Assembly (NCBI GenBank): GCA_033442325.1
Contig: JAWQFM010000034.1
Span: 327,431-365,199, forward strand
DNA: 37,769 nt
Direction of reading: 5' to 3'
From: Salpingoeca rosetta
Taxonomy: Eukaryota > Protista > Choanoflagellata
Shown piece by piece: positions 1-11,092 of this stretch. Every line of letters starts with the position of its first letter. Positions within the stretch are counted from its first letter, which is position 1. Made by a program: the position numbers and the translations under genes. A model generated the notes under the pieces. The model ran no database searches. It was not told the DNA's origin and worked only from the letters and a program-made list of their open reading frames with translations.

Positions 1-140
1 TGTGCGTGTGTGTGTGTGTCTGTGTGTGTGTGTGTCTGCGTGTCTGTGTGTGTGTGTGTGTGGTGTGTGTCTGTGTGCCTGTGTGCCTGTGTGCCTGTGT
101 GTGTGTGTGTGTGTCTGTGTCTGTGTGTCTGTCTGTGTGC
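1..140. repeat. Imperfect (TG)n microsatellite
   Basis: Run of tg/tgtc/tgcc units at the window start. Confidence 0.95.
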
Positions 141-497
141 TCGTTCATTCGCACGATCAACCGCTGACCACGCCGCTCTCGTGCGAACAGGGAGCTTGCG
201 AGCACGACGTCGCTGGCGGAAAAGGGGACCGGTGGAACAAACTTGATGTCGTTCTTGAAGAGCGTGAGGGCGGCAAGCGATGAAGCAGGAGAGGGGAGGC
301 GTTAATGTGGATGGAGAACCGGGAGGAGGAGAGGATGATGCCGGTGCTGCGAATGAACAGCACAACGAACATGGATCAGCACAAGGAACATCACAAATAT
401 TGCGATGAGAACCAGCAAGCAAGCAAATTTGTTTGTGTCCATATGTGAACGAGCACACAGACAGGCAGGGACAGAGACACACTCGGTCAGGCAGGGA

Positions 498-603
<106 letters not shown>

Positions 604-652
604 AGGATTATTGCATGCAATTTTCGACAACCCCACGCACACAACAACGGCG

Positions 653-1975
653 ATGCGTGGCGAGCGGCGCGCTGCGTGGGGGACTGTGTGCGTGGTGCTG
701 GTGGTAATCGCAGGGGTGGCGGTGGTGAGCGTTGAGGATGTACGCGGCGAGGTTGTGCTTGTGCAGGAGTCCAAGACTGGGGCGGTGCACATCAACACCA
801 GCAACCCGGAGCAGGGCACCGTGATGATCAACGGCGCAAACACGAGCGAGCTGTACAACTTGGCGCAGGCACAGCATGCCGTAATCGCAGCACAGCAGCG
901 CACCATCTCAGCGCAGGAGCGCGTGAATGCCGAGCAGCAGGCCAAGCTGCGAGCACTGCAAGGCCGCGTGTGTGCAGCGGCACGTGCATCGGGCTCGGAG
1001 GCGCTGGCCCCAAGCTTAGACATGATCAACATTGCTGGGCTGGGTATGGGCTTGCTGCGATGGGTGGGCGGCGTGTTGCTGGACAACGGTCGCATCTTTG
1101 CCGCGCCCTTCAACTTCGACCGCGCGCTTGTCGTGGACACCGTGACTCACGCCGTGGACACGACCAGCTTCACGTTTGACAGGGAGCCCTTGGACTTGCT
1201 GTATGCGAACAGCCTGGTTGGCTCTGACGGCCGCGTGCTTGCCTTCCCCGGCACGCACCGGGAGTTCCCTTTCCGGCTCAATCCGAGGACCAACGCCACA
1301 GAAACGGGCCAGTTCTCCTTCCGAGACAATACGTCGGATGGCTTGTGGGTGAGCGGCGTCGTGGCGCGAAATGGCAAGATGTACGGCGTGCCCTTTGCAG
1401 CCACCTCTGTGCTCATCTTGGACCCCGTGTCCAACGACACGGACACGACGGCCATGAGCGGCCTTTCTTCACAGGGCGAGAAGTGGATCAGTGGTGTGCT
1501 TGCAGACAACGGCAAGCTGTACTGCATCCCGTCCAATGCTGATGCCGTCCTCGTGATTGACCCGGAGGCCAACAGCACGGACGCGACGACGCTGACCGTG
1601 TCGGGCGACACGCACCAGTGGCGAGACGGCGTGCTTGCTGGCAATGGCCTGATCTTCGGCATCCCGTATGACCACGCGTTTGTGCTCGTCATCAACCCAG
1701 CCCTGAACACGACCGACTATGCGAGCATCGGCAGCTTCATTGGACAGAACAAGTGGGCGGGAGGTGTCTTCCATGCAGCGACTGGGCGCATCTTTGCCAT
1801 GCCCTACTCTGACAGCTCCCTCCTCATCATCGACACAGCGACCAATGGCACGGCCACCATGACCGTTGCTGGTGGCGAGAGCAAGTGGTCAGGTGCCGTG
1901 CTTGCCGACAATGGGCTCATCTACGCCATCCCCAGCTCTGCCACCTCCGTTCTCGTCATCGACCCAGGTTGTTGA
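653..1975 (+). CDS. Secreted protein: signal peptide, short beta-rich module and coiled coil, then seven ~45-aa repeats (probable 7-bladed beta-propeller)
   Basis: ATG at 653 is in frame with ORF 611-1975. Hydrophobic N-terminus ([14 protein letters not shown]), then heptad-like [33 protein letters not shown]. Seven repeats of consensus W-x-G-V-L-A-x-N-G-x-I-Y-x-I-P-x5-V-L-V-I-D-P; many NxS/T sites; single ORF. Confidence 0.88.
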   Translation: MRGERRAAWGTVCVVLVVIAGVAVVSVEDVRGEVVLVQESKTGAVHINTSNPEQGTVMINGANTSELYNLAQAQHAVIAAQQRTISAQERVNAEQQAKLRALQGRVCAAARASGSEALAPSLDMINIAGLGMGLLRWVGGVLLDNGRIFAAPFNFDRALVVDTVTHAVDTTSFTFDREPLDLLYANSLVGSDGRVLAFPGTHREFPFRLNPRTNATETGQFSFRDNTSDGLWVSGVVARNGKMYGVPFAATSVLILDPVSNDTDTTAMSGLSSQGEKWISGVLADNGKLYCIPSNADAVLVIDPEANSTDATTLTVSGDTHQWRDGVLAGNGLIFGIPYDHAFVLVINPALNTTDYASIGSFIGQNKWAGGVFHAATGRIFAMPYSDSSLLIIDTATNGTATMTVAGGESKWSGAVLADNGLIYAIPSSATSVLVIDPGC

Positions 1976-1996
1976 GGCTGATGCACAGGGTATGGG

Positions 1997-2172
1997 TTGT
2001 GTGTGTGCGTGTGTGTCTGTGTGTCTGTGTGTCTCTGTGTGTGTGTGTCTGTGTGTGTCTGTGTGTGTGTGCGTGTGTGTACTTGTGCGTGTGTGTCTGT
2101 GCCTGTGTCTGTGCCTGTGCGTGTGTGTCTGTGCCTACCTGCCTACCTGCCCGTCTGTCTGTCTGCCTGTCT

Positions 2173-2198
<26 letters not shown>
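1997..2198. repeat. Imperfect (TG)n/(TGTC)n microsatellite
   Basis: Direct inspection. Confidence 0.9.
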
Positions 2199-2203
<5 letters not shown>

Positions 2204-2616
2204 AGCCAACCCGAATTTGTCTGTGCGTCTTGTACGTGCTCCACGTTTGTTGCCTCTTTTCCGTGGCCTGTTGCGTTACTACAACGCTTGCATGTGACAT
2301 CAAGGCCTCTGTTGTCATGAGCAGCCTCACCTCCTGCCCTCCTGCTCCAGCTTTCTGGTCGCGCTCCTGCAGTGTTGCCCTTCGCCCCGCTGCCCTCTGC
2401 CTTGTCATTGCTCGCCCGTTTTTCTCATCCGTGCTGGGGCTGTTGTTGCTGCTGTTCCTTTGTTCGTTCGTTGTCGCCAAGCCGCTGCCTGCGCGTTCGA
2501 TCGAGGCCACCGCTTGTTACTCTTGCTCGAAAGTTACATCCTTACATCACATTCCTTCTTTCATCTGTCTGGCGATAGTGCTGCCGGTGGGAGGGAGGGC
2601 GTGAAGGAAGGGAGAG

Positions 2617-2865
<249 letters not shown>

Positions 2866-3169
2866 ACGCCCACGATCGTCCTCCAATTTCGCTGCGAAAA
2901 GTTGTTGGCAGTATCCACGACTTTCGCACTTCCCTCCAAGAAAAAATCGGACAAGACTGTTGTGGTCGATGTGCTGTGTCACACATCACATCACCAACAA
3001 GCAAACAAGACACTTTCCTACCTTCCAGCCTTCCACAACAGAGCCTCACGTCACTGTCTCGCAGCACAGCAACGAGCAAATCAACGGGACAACCCTTCCC
3101 TTCTGCCCGCCCCCTCACGCCACCTTCACCTTTAGACCTTTGCTTGCTCCCCGTTGCACACAGCCAGCC

Positions 3170-4528
3170 ATGCCCCGGCGTGAATACGGCCACGATCATC
3201 ATGACGAAGACGAGCGCACATCACTGTTGGTGCAGCAGCGCGACGACTCTCGGGTCCGCGAGGAAGGCGAGGAGCGGCGCAGCTGGCGCAAGTTGGAGGT
3301 GCTTGTGTGCTGGCTTGTTGCTTGGTTTGCCACGTTCAATTTCACCGTTGTCCTGCCAGGCCTCCGCCCATACCTGGACGACATCCACACAGAAAAGGCC
3401 GACCTCGTGTATGGCATCATCACGGGCGTGTGTCCCTTGGCCACTGCCTTTGGTGCGCTCCTCATCCCGCAGATTGTGAGCCGCTGGCAGCCACGGCTCG
3501 GACCTTTCATGGCGCTCCTTGTCGCCTTCAGCCTGCCGATGTTCGCCTACGGGTTTGTCCGCAACCCCTGGGCCATCCTCGTCCTCCGCACCCTTGGCGG
3601 CTTCACGGCCTCAACGGCGGTGTTTTGTCGAAAGGCACTTGCCCAGGGATCCCCACAGGCAATCACCTTCAACATGACTGGCTTCACCGTGTGTATGGGC
3701 ATTGGCTACGCCAGTGGGCCGGCCGTTGGCGCTGCGCTCGCAACCGTGCACGGCATCCACGACTACATCTTGGTTGGCATCGTCTGCGGATCCGGCGCCC
3801 TCCTTCTCTGCATTCTCTCCCTCATTATCTTCTTCAGAACGCCAACAGCCCACCAGCAGCCACAGCAGCCACAACATCAACGACAAGGCGGTCCCCCAAC
3901 AACCACACCGGTCGAGAGCTCAACGCCTTTGCTTCCCACGCGCACGCCCTTTTCTCGACAGCTCATCTACCTGTACCTCATCAACGCCCTCATCACCATC
4001 GTCTTCACTGCATTTGTTGCTGCTGCTGCGCCGCGAATCGGAGACATCTTCGACTGGCACGACACCAAGGCAGGCTACGTGCAGGCTGTCATCGGTGCTG
4101 CCTTCGCCTTGAGCGGCCTCACCAACGGCATCTTGCTTGAACACGTTCCCTTTCACGCCAACTTTGCGATTGCATTCGCTTGCAGCGCTGGTGGCTCCGC
4201 GCTGCTTGCTGACTGGACCGCTGGCGGCTCCCCGAACCTGCCACGCGTCATCGTTGGCTGCTTGCTGTCTGGCTTTGGCAACTCCCTCACCGGGACCATG
4301 GTCATGAAGCGCATTGGCATGGTCACCCGCAACAACCCAAACATGAAGACGCGCGCCTTCTCCTGGCTGACCATCACCGTTGGCCTTGCCAGCATCTTCG
4401 CCTCCGTTTGGACGGGCGTCATGCTGCACTACCATGTTGGCGTGGACCTCTACTATGCCAACCTTGGCCTCGTTGCCGTCTCTACCCTGGCATCAGTTGC
4501 CGTGGACAAGCATCCCGTGGACCTGTAG
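3170..4528 (+). CDS. Major facilitator superfamily transporter (~12 TM), probably lysosomal/vacuolar (MFSD8-like)
   Basis: ATG at 3170 is in frame with ORF 2960-4528. Two blocks of hydrophobic helices separated by a Q/P/T-rich loop; LRTLGG in TM4; motif-C-like GIGYASGPAVGAAL; N-terminal DEDERTSLL fits [DE]xxxLL. Confidence 0.88.
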   Translation: MPRREYGHDHHDEDERTSLLVQQRDDSRVREEGEERRSWRKLEVLVCWLVAWFATFNFTVVLPGLRPYLDDIHTEKADLVYGIITGVCPLATAFGALLIPQIVSRWQPRLGPFMALLVAFSLPMFAYGFVRNPWAILVLRTLGGFTASTAVFCRKALAQGSPQAITFNMTGFTVCMGIGYASGPAVGAALATVHGIHDYILVGIVCGSGALLLCILSLIIFFRTPTAHQQPQQPQHQRQGGPPTTTPVESSTPLLPTRTPFSRQLIYLYLINALITIVFTAFVAAAAPRIGDIFDWHDTKAGYVQAVIGAAFALSGLTNGILLEHVPFHANFAIAFACSAGGSALLADWTAGGSPNLPRVIVGCLLSGFGNSLTGTMVMKRIGMVTRNNPNMKTRAFSWLTITVGLASIFASVWTGVMLHYHVGVDLYYANLGLVAVSTLASVAVDKHPVDL

Positions 4529-4562
4529 TGCGACCCTGCGCGCGTGTGTGCTTGTGCGTGTG

Positions 4563-4564
<2 letters not shown>

Positions 4565-4650
<86 letters not shown>
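4565..4650. repeat. (TG)n microsatellite
   Basis: Perfect TG run 3' of the MFS stop codon. Confidence 0.95.
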
Positions 4651-4652
<2 letters not shown>

Positions 4653-5275
4653 CATGTCGTGCTGAACATTGACATGTCACCCCCTTGAACTGGGTTGTGT
4701 TGTGTGTTCATGTGTGTGACTTTCCCTCACCAGCTGAACACACACATACACACAACACACACATGCTCTCTCTCTCTCTGTCTCTCTGTCTCTGTCCTCG
4801 TTGTGTTGGGGTCATTTGCTGTCCTTGTGATGGATTGGTTGCTTCGGAACTTCACATGCTGTAGATGCATGCATGCATTCACGTCAAGTTCATAAACCGC
4901 CCCATCCCCCAAAACTCTAGTCACTTGCAGTCAACCGTTGTGCGTTGATGTGATCCTTACAACTCCGAACCACCTTTCCCAACACAAAAGACACACGGAC
5001 GTTCTCGCACACCGTCACAACACCCTCACCATTCGTTGGCGCGCCCCGCTTCGATGTACATGCCGCTGACTGATCGTTTAACCTGTGTGTGCAAGCCTGC
5101 CTTGCCTCTCCGACACAATCCCTCACCAAACCGGTGCATTGGTGTAGTTTAAAACAACTTCCAAACAAGCCCTCATTCGCCTCACATCCCACACCATCGG
5201 CCACTTGCACGAACACGGTACACTCAGCCCACGACTCTCTGCAGGTTCAAAAAGCAGAACATACAAGCATCCGCA

Positions 5276-7000
5276 ATGAACGCGGACACTAGGAGCACGC
5301 CAGGTGTGGAGGAGTGGGTCCCGATTGCGCAGTGGTTGATCGAGGAGGGCACGCGCACCACGGGCAGCGCCAGCATAGACGTCTTCGAGCGAGCAAACTG
5401 CAACGAGAGCATTCGGGCGCTGTTCCAGCTCATGCATGCATGCACGACGCTGTATCATGGCCTCCCTTGGAAGCTGCCCGCAGACTGCCTGAGGGCCACC
5501 TACACGCAGCGACCCGGCGTCCATGGCATCGTGCACTGGGTGGACACGTTTCAAGCTCACGTGCTTGGGCCTATTCATGCAGACACGAGCATCACTGACC
5601 AGCGTGTCCTCACACGGTGGCTTGAGACTCGCTTTCTCGTGCATTCGTGGCTTGGTGCAACCTGGCACAGCACGTGCCGGTTCTTCCAGTCGCCCATCAT
5701 CTCTGAGAGCATGTGCGCGCGCTTGAGCGAAGTAGCACACGTGTACTTCCCCAGCCTCACCGACATGCGTGCCTGGATCACGCCGCAAATCATTGTGCCA
5801 GGAGATGCCAATGGCGTTGAGCAACCCAGCGAGGAGGAGAGCAGCCTCGGCAGCACGGCCAGCACCAGTCCGCCGTTTGAGAACACCGTTGCAATCGACA
5901 CTGCTCACAATGTGTGGAATCCAGCCCACTTCAGCGCCACACTCTGCATCGAGGAGCAGCAAGACCTCGAACAGCTTGACGCCGTTTGTTCTGCCATGCA
6001 GCCGATGAGGGGCGACCACGTCGACATCATCATCTCAGGCCGCGTTGGCTGCCTTGAGCTCAGCAACATCCGTCATCTGCGTGTGGCGGTGTCTTCCTGC
6101 GATGCGGTTGCTAACCTCATCTTGCACGAGGTCGACCACTTGTCTTGGAGCACCCGAGGAGATGAGGACGGACACTTCGACAATGGTGAGCACAGCCGCC
6201 CGCCCAACCCAACGCAGCAGCAGCAACAGCAGCAGAACGCGTTCCGCGCGCGGTTGCAGGACGTGCGAAGCGTGCGGCTCGCGCAGTGCTGGAGTTTGCA
6301 CGACATAACGGCGCTCACAGGCGTGCCGTATGTTCAGCTGGTGGACCTGCCGAGTGTCACGGATGTCTCGGCTCTTGCGCAAGCACAGCAGGTTGTGCTC
6401 CACAACATCGGCCTGGCTGACGTGAGTGTGCTTGCTCAAGTTCCCTGCGTCCAAGTCATCAGCACCGCGTCTCCAAACCGGCGTGACACCCAAGGCTCGA
6501 TCCCAGTCCAGTGCGCTGCCATCACGAAGGTGAATGTAGCAGGGCCACACGACCTGGTACTCTCTGGCGGCTGCCTCAACGGTGCCGAGCTTTGCAGCTT
6601 CCCATCGGTTCGTCTCCTTGACTGCAAGGGCAACGTGTCTTTGGTGCAGCACGTCCACCGCCTTGAGTGCAGGCATGGTGCCGTGCTCCTTGAGCAGCTG
6701 AAAGATGTGCAGCACGCCGTGCTCATGGGCCACGGCCAACCGCTTCAAGTCCGAGGCACAGAGCGCGTGCACCGGTGTCGCGTCTATCACCACACGATTC
6801 CGGACTTTGCTGTGTTCTCCGGCGTGCGCCATCTCCAGCTCGTGCATTGCACGTTTGATGAGTTGCGTGGACTTCCACCTAACCTCGAATCCTTTCAAGC
6901 CTTGGGATGCACCACATCAAGCGGGAAAGTATGGCCACGTGTCACGCTTGTGGGGCGATCTGCGACGGCCATTGACACCATTGGGTCGTCCTGTCATTGA
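5276..7000 (+). CDS. Degenerate leucine-rich-repeat protein with possible N-terminal F-box-like motif (574 aa)
   Basis: Open 574-codon ORF. LRR-like units LQDVRSVRLAQCWSLHDITALTGVPYVQLVDLPSVTDVSALAQAQQVVL. N-terminal EEWVPIAQWL...IRALFQLMHACTTL resembles a split F-box. Clear paralog at 15549-17897. Confidence 0.75.
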   Translation: MNADTRSTPGVEEWVPIAQWLIEEGTRTTGSASIDVFERANCNESIRALFQLMHACTTLYHGLPWKLPADCLRATYTQRPGVHGIVHWVDTFQAHVLGPIHADTSITDQRVLTRWLETRFLVHSWLGATWHSTCRFFQSPIISESMCARLSEVAHVYFPSLTDMRAWITPQIIVPGDANGVEQPSEEESSLGSTASTSPPFENTVAIDTAHNVWNPAHFSATLCIEEQQDLEQLDAVCSAMQPMRGDHVDIIISGRVGCLELSNIRHLRVAVSSCDAVANLILHEVDHLSWSTRGDEDGHFDNGEHSRPPNPTQQQQQQQNAFRARLQDVRSVRLAQCWSLHDITALTGVPYVQLVDLPSVTDVSALAQAQQVVLHNIGLADVSVLAQVPCVQVISTASPNRRDTQGSIPVQCAAITKVNVAGPHDLVLSGGCLNGAELCSFPSVRLLDCKGNVSLVQHVHRLECRHGAVLLEQLKDVQHAVLMGHGQPLQVRGTERVHRCRVYHHTIPDFAVFSGVRHLQLVHCTFDELRGLPPNLESFQALGCTTSSGKVWPRVTLVGRSATAIDTIGSSCH

Positions 7001-7003
7001 CGT

Positions 7004-7005
<2 letters not shown>

Positions 7006-7049
<44 letters not shown>

Positions 7050-7075
7050 GCTGTTGTTGTTGTTGTTGTTGTTGC

Positions 7076-7121
<46 letters not shown>

Positions 7122-7130
7122 GGTGTTGTT
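7006..7130. repeat. (GTT)n trinucleotide microsatellite
   Basis: About 40 near-perfect units immediately after the stop codon at 7000. Confidence 0.95.
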
Positions 7131-7381
7131 GCGACTGCTACTGCGGCATAAAACGAGAACAGAAGAACAGAATAACCGACTGCGGTGCGTATCCGTGTGT
7201 GTTTGGAGGGTTTTACGCTGCAGATTGTCTGTGCTACAAAACGGCCAAGAACCTATTCATAGGGAGTAAGTGTGTGACATGTCGAAGACAAGCAGAGGAT
7301 GTGCGTGTGTTTGTGTGTGCGTGCGTTAGCGTAGTGGTATGCTCACTTGTCTGCGTGTGTTTGTGTGGGTTTACTGTGTGA

Positions 7382-7654
7382 TGTGGAAGACAGACGGGAA
7401 TAAGGATGAATGAACACAAGTGAAGCACTCCCGCATTGTGGCAGAAACAACAAAGAGATTGGACGAAGAACAACACGCAAACATATGCAATACCGCACTT
7501 TGTGTGGAAGCAACACACAGCTTGAACCAAGAAAACGGAAGTGTAACAACCACAGCAGAACCGGTTGGATTGCAGAACTATTCATGCTGTCTCCAGCTTT
7601 CCGGACATAAGCAAACACATCCACATGCACATGACACGGACTCGTCTCTCCACA
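7382..7654 (-). mobile_element. 3' LTR of copia element A (273 bp)
   Basis: On the - strand it follows the RNase H stop and a purine tract (GAGGGGGTG), begins TGTGGAGAGAC and ends GTCTTCCACA (terminal inverted repeat, TG...CA). Confidence 0.8.
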
Positions 7655-7661
7655 CACCCCC

Positions 7662-8255
7662 TCAACTCGCATGCAGCACTTGCTCTCGGCACTGCGTCAG
7701 AGATGGACGAGGCAGGGCCTTCGTCAGCATGTCTGCAAGCAGCTTTGTGCCGGGTTCATACACTGCCTTGACGACGCCTTCGCCAATGAACTCGCGCAGA
7801 AGGTGATAACGCAGCCGTATGTGTTTGGAGCCGCCCTTGGCCACGGGATTGGTAGCAATGCACATGGCAGACTGGCTGTCCATGTGGAGTGGTGTGGTGC
7901 CGACGTCGAAGCCCAGCTCCTGGAGGAGCTGTCGCAGGTACACCGCAGCCTGTGCTGCGCGCGCAGCGGCGACGTACTCTGTCTCCGCCGATGATGTTGT
8001 GACGAGAGGCAGCCTCTTGGACAGCCATGTCACAGGGCCACCGGCGATGCTGAACAGGTGGCCTCCATGCCCCTTCGACGTGTAGGGGTCAGACATGTGA
8101 CTTGCGTCTGTGTAGCCAAGGAGTTGAAGCGAATCACCCGCACTGTACTTGATTGCCAGAGCCGCCGTGCCCCGTAGGTACTTGCAGACATGTCTGGCCG
8201 CGTGTAGGTGCTGCTTGCCGGGTTGCTGGATAAATCTGGAGAGCACGGATGTGGC
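7662..8255 (-). mobile_element. Ty1/copia element A: RT C-terminus and RNase H fragment, truncated by insertion of element B
   Basis: ATSVLSRF...YLRGT, GYTDAS, SSAETEYVAA, MDSQSA, KHIRLRYHLLRE and ADMLTKAL are copia RT/RNase H motifs; sequence switches to the element B LTR at 8256. Confidence 0.93.
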
Positions 8256-8688
8256 TGTTGACAGGCAAGTCCTGTCTGCTGAGTCATATCATTGACCTCC
8301 CTTCTTCACGACACCACAAATTTGCATTCACCTCTCTTGTGTTCTGGAATGTTCACGTGANNNNNNNNNNNNNNNNNNNNNNNNNNNNNNNNNNNNNNNN
8401 NNNNNNNNNNNNNNNNNNNNNNNNNNNNNNNNNNNNNNNNNNNNNNNNNNNNNNNNNNNNNNNNNNNNNNNNNNNNNNNNNNNNNNNNNNNNNNNNNNNN
8501 NNNNNNNNNNNNNNNNNNNNNNNNNNNNNNNNNNNNNNNNNNNNNNNNNNNGTTTGCTTCACAACTCAAAGTAAACACACACAACTCTCTCTTGCCAAGA
8601 CAATCTCCCACACAACACACAGCACACACAGCACACACACACATACACAAGTCTCCAACAACAGCACCACCACCATGAACTTGCAACA
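8256..8688 (+). mobile_element. 5' LTR of copia element B (contains N gap 8361-8551)
   Basis: Starts TGTTG and ends CAACA; matches 11093-11512; followed by a PBS-like sequence and gag. Confidence 0.88.
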
Positions 8689-10496
8689 GATTATGAGACC
8701 CAGCTCAATTAGCGCAGACGGTATCAAGGTCTTCGCTGGGGCTGAGCAGGATGCCAACCTCTTCTTCATCACCGTCGAGGCCAAGCTCATCGCCGCTGGC
8801 ATCGACGCTGGCATCATCGCCGAGGGTGGTGCTGACCACCAAGGAGACGGGCAGGCTCCAGCAGCTGCCTCATCGCCGAGCCCAAGCACCCACGGTGCTT
8901 CGGGTCCCCGCACTCGCTCCCGCGCTCAACGCGGCCCTCGCCGCACTGGCGCCCGCCACAACGTGGAGGACCACGACGACGATGACGACGACGAGGGCGA
9001 TGGCGACGACCACGGCGCTCAGCCATCTTCCTCCTCTTCCTCTCTCCCTTCTTCCGCCACTCCGAGCGGAGGAGCGCAGGTGGCGTCCCGAGCCTCTGGC
9101 CTGCTGGATCCCCGTGATCCACAGGTTGACGCAGCCATCTTCGCGTTCCTCCTTGGCGTCCTGACGGGACACCCGCTGCGGCTGGCCATCACCGACAACC
9201 GTGGCCGCTCCGGTGTGCTTGCGCTGCGCCGCCTCCGCGAGCGCTACATCCGCAGCGGCAAGGACCACGTCAGTCGTCTCAGGCAGCAGCTCTCCTCGAC
9301 CACCTGGTTGCCCACGGACACCGTCGACACGTTCATGTCCCGCATCACGGACATCAACTCGCAGCTCCTTGCTGCCGGCGTGTCCATCCCGGAGGACGAC
9401 CTGCGCACCCTCGTCCGCAACGAATCCCCGCGGGGTTTGATGGTGGCGATGCCGTCCATGGAGCGCGAGGACCCGCCGCCATCGCTGTCCAAAAATGACG
9501 GCGGACCCTCATCCAGGAAGGAGGCCCGCCTGCTTCGTCCCAAGAAGCGCACGCCCGTGCTCGCCATCGGCGGGCCCAGCCCCGGCTCATTCGCTGCATA
9601 GCCGATGCACGTGGCACGTGGACCTTCGACACGAGCGGTGACCCATGCTGCCCACCGGCAGACAGGGACACCTGTTCGTTTTGCAACTTCCGCGGCCACT
9701 GCGCGCAGCAGTGCCGCAAGCTGCAGGCGGCCAAGCGCTACCACGTCATCGACGTGCGGCAGATCCTCTCCAAGCTTCGCAACCATGGCAACGGCAACGG
9801 CAAGCGGCCAGGATCCTCTCGCCCGCAGCACGGAGGTGCAGCTCCATTCAAGAAGGCGGCCGTCGTCAGCCACGGCCCTCAGCGCGTGGAGACCTTCGCC
9901 ATCCACCATGATGCCCTCATGCTGCAGCCCGAGGACGAGGAGGAGGGCACGCCATCGGACCAGTGCCACCACAGCTCTGGCTCGCTGACAGCGGTGCCAC
10001 GGCGCACATCACCAGCGACGCCTCCCTCCTCACCAACTACATCGCCGTCACGCAACACGTCACCGTTGCCAACAGCCAGGCCGTCACGGTCATCGGCAAG
10101 GGCGACGCCGTGCTCCGCGTGGCTGGCACCGACGGCGCTCCAGGCACCATCACGCTCAAGAATGTGCTGCATGTCCCCGACATCAAGTACAACCTTTTGG
10201 CGCTGAACCTGGTGACTCGCGCGCGTCGTGGTGCTTCCGTCGTCATTGCTGCGGACGACAGCCGTATCCAGTTTGCCACATGGAGCGTGCCTCTGCTGCC
10301 GTCCAAGGACACCGGCCACCTCTTCCTCTACGCCAGCACCACGACCTCCCAACAAGCCACGGCGCTTGCGGGGGAGCTCGTGCACAGCAGCGACGAGGAA
10401 GCCGAGGATGCTGACGAGGGCGCCTCTGCACACGACGTGCTAGGCCATCGCAGCAGCGCGGCCGTCGACGCCTTCCGGCAGCAGATCGTCCAGGCC
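8675..10496 (+). mobile_element. Copia element B gag-protease and start of integrase (frameshifted), interrupted at 10497
   Basis: ATG at 8675 lies inside the LTR. Gag-like SGVLALRRLRERY...DTVDTFMSRI; zinc knuckle CSFCNFRGHCAQQC at 9673-9714; protease WLADSGATAHI at about 9978-10010; LKNVLHVPDIKYNLL; HDVLGH. Frame breaks near 9490-9650 and about 9960. Confidence 0.92.
8689..8703 (+). promoter_or_regulatory. Primer-binding site of element B (half-tRNA-Met type)
   Basis: GATTATGAGACCCAG directly abuts the LTR end; its complement contains a CAU anticodon loop (GUCUCAUAAUC). Confidence 0.7.
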
Positions 10497-10992
10497 TGTA
10501 ACGTCGCTCGCCTGCCTCCCTCTGCCGCTCTCTCTCTCTCTCTCTGTCTCTCCCCTCTGCCTGTCCGACTCCCTTACCCACTGCACCTTGTCCCGCTGTG
10601 TCCCACTGTTTCCCCCTTCTCGCCCTTCGAGGCATCGTATTGCTCTGGATGTTCTTTGTTCTCCTAATGTTCTGATGTCATGTTTAGTCTGATTGACGTC
10701 ATGTTTAACTCGTGAGTGTCGTATAGTAGCGTTTGCCTGTGTCGTGTCACGCCGTGCCCAGTGCCTCGGAACCGCTTGCCTCTCGGCAGCGATCCCGAGC
10801 CCTTGGCACGGTACCGTCATCAACTAAGATGACGGCACGACACATGCCTGCATGCTGTGTTACGTCTGTTGTCCTTGTCTCTTGTTTTCCCCCTTGCTTA
10901 ACCACAAGCACCCCTCTTGTTGCCTGCTAGCACGTGTGTGTTGCCCTGCACCCTGTTGTCGCTTATCTCACGTGATTGTCTGTGCCTTGTTC
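10497..10992 (+). mobile_element. Probable LTR of a third element (C) inserted into element B, truncated by an N gap
   Basis: B coding sequence stops abruptly and TGTAAC... begins; pyrimidine-rich non-coding sequence unlike the LTRs of A or B; the far end is hidden by the gap. Confidence 0.55.
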
Positions 10993-11092
10993 NNNNNNNN
11001 NNNNNNNNNNNNNNNNNNNNNNNNNNNNNNNNNNNNNNNNNNNNNNNNNNNNNNNNNNNNNNNNNNNNNNNNNNNNNNNNNNNNNNNNNNNN

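Noticed and set aside
2202-2510. 102-aa minus-strand ORF between the propeller and MFS genes
   Set aside because: Short, with no domain and no supporting splice structure
6997-7269. Poly-Leu / poly-Val ORFs resembling TM segments
   Set aside because: Translation of the (GTT)n microsatellite
9490-9965. Programmed gag-pol frameshift in element B
   Set aside because: There are several scattered frame breaks rather than one slippery site, and copia elements normally have a single ORF; decay or sequence error is more likely
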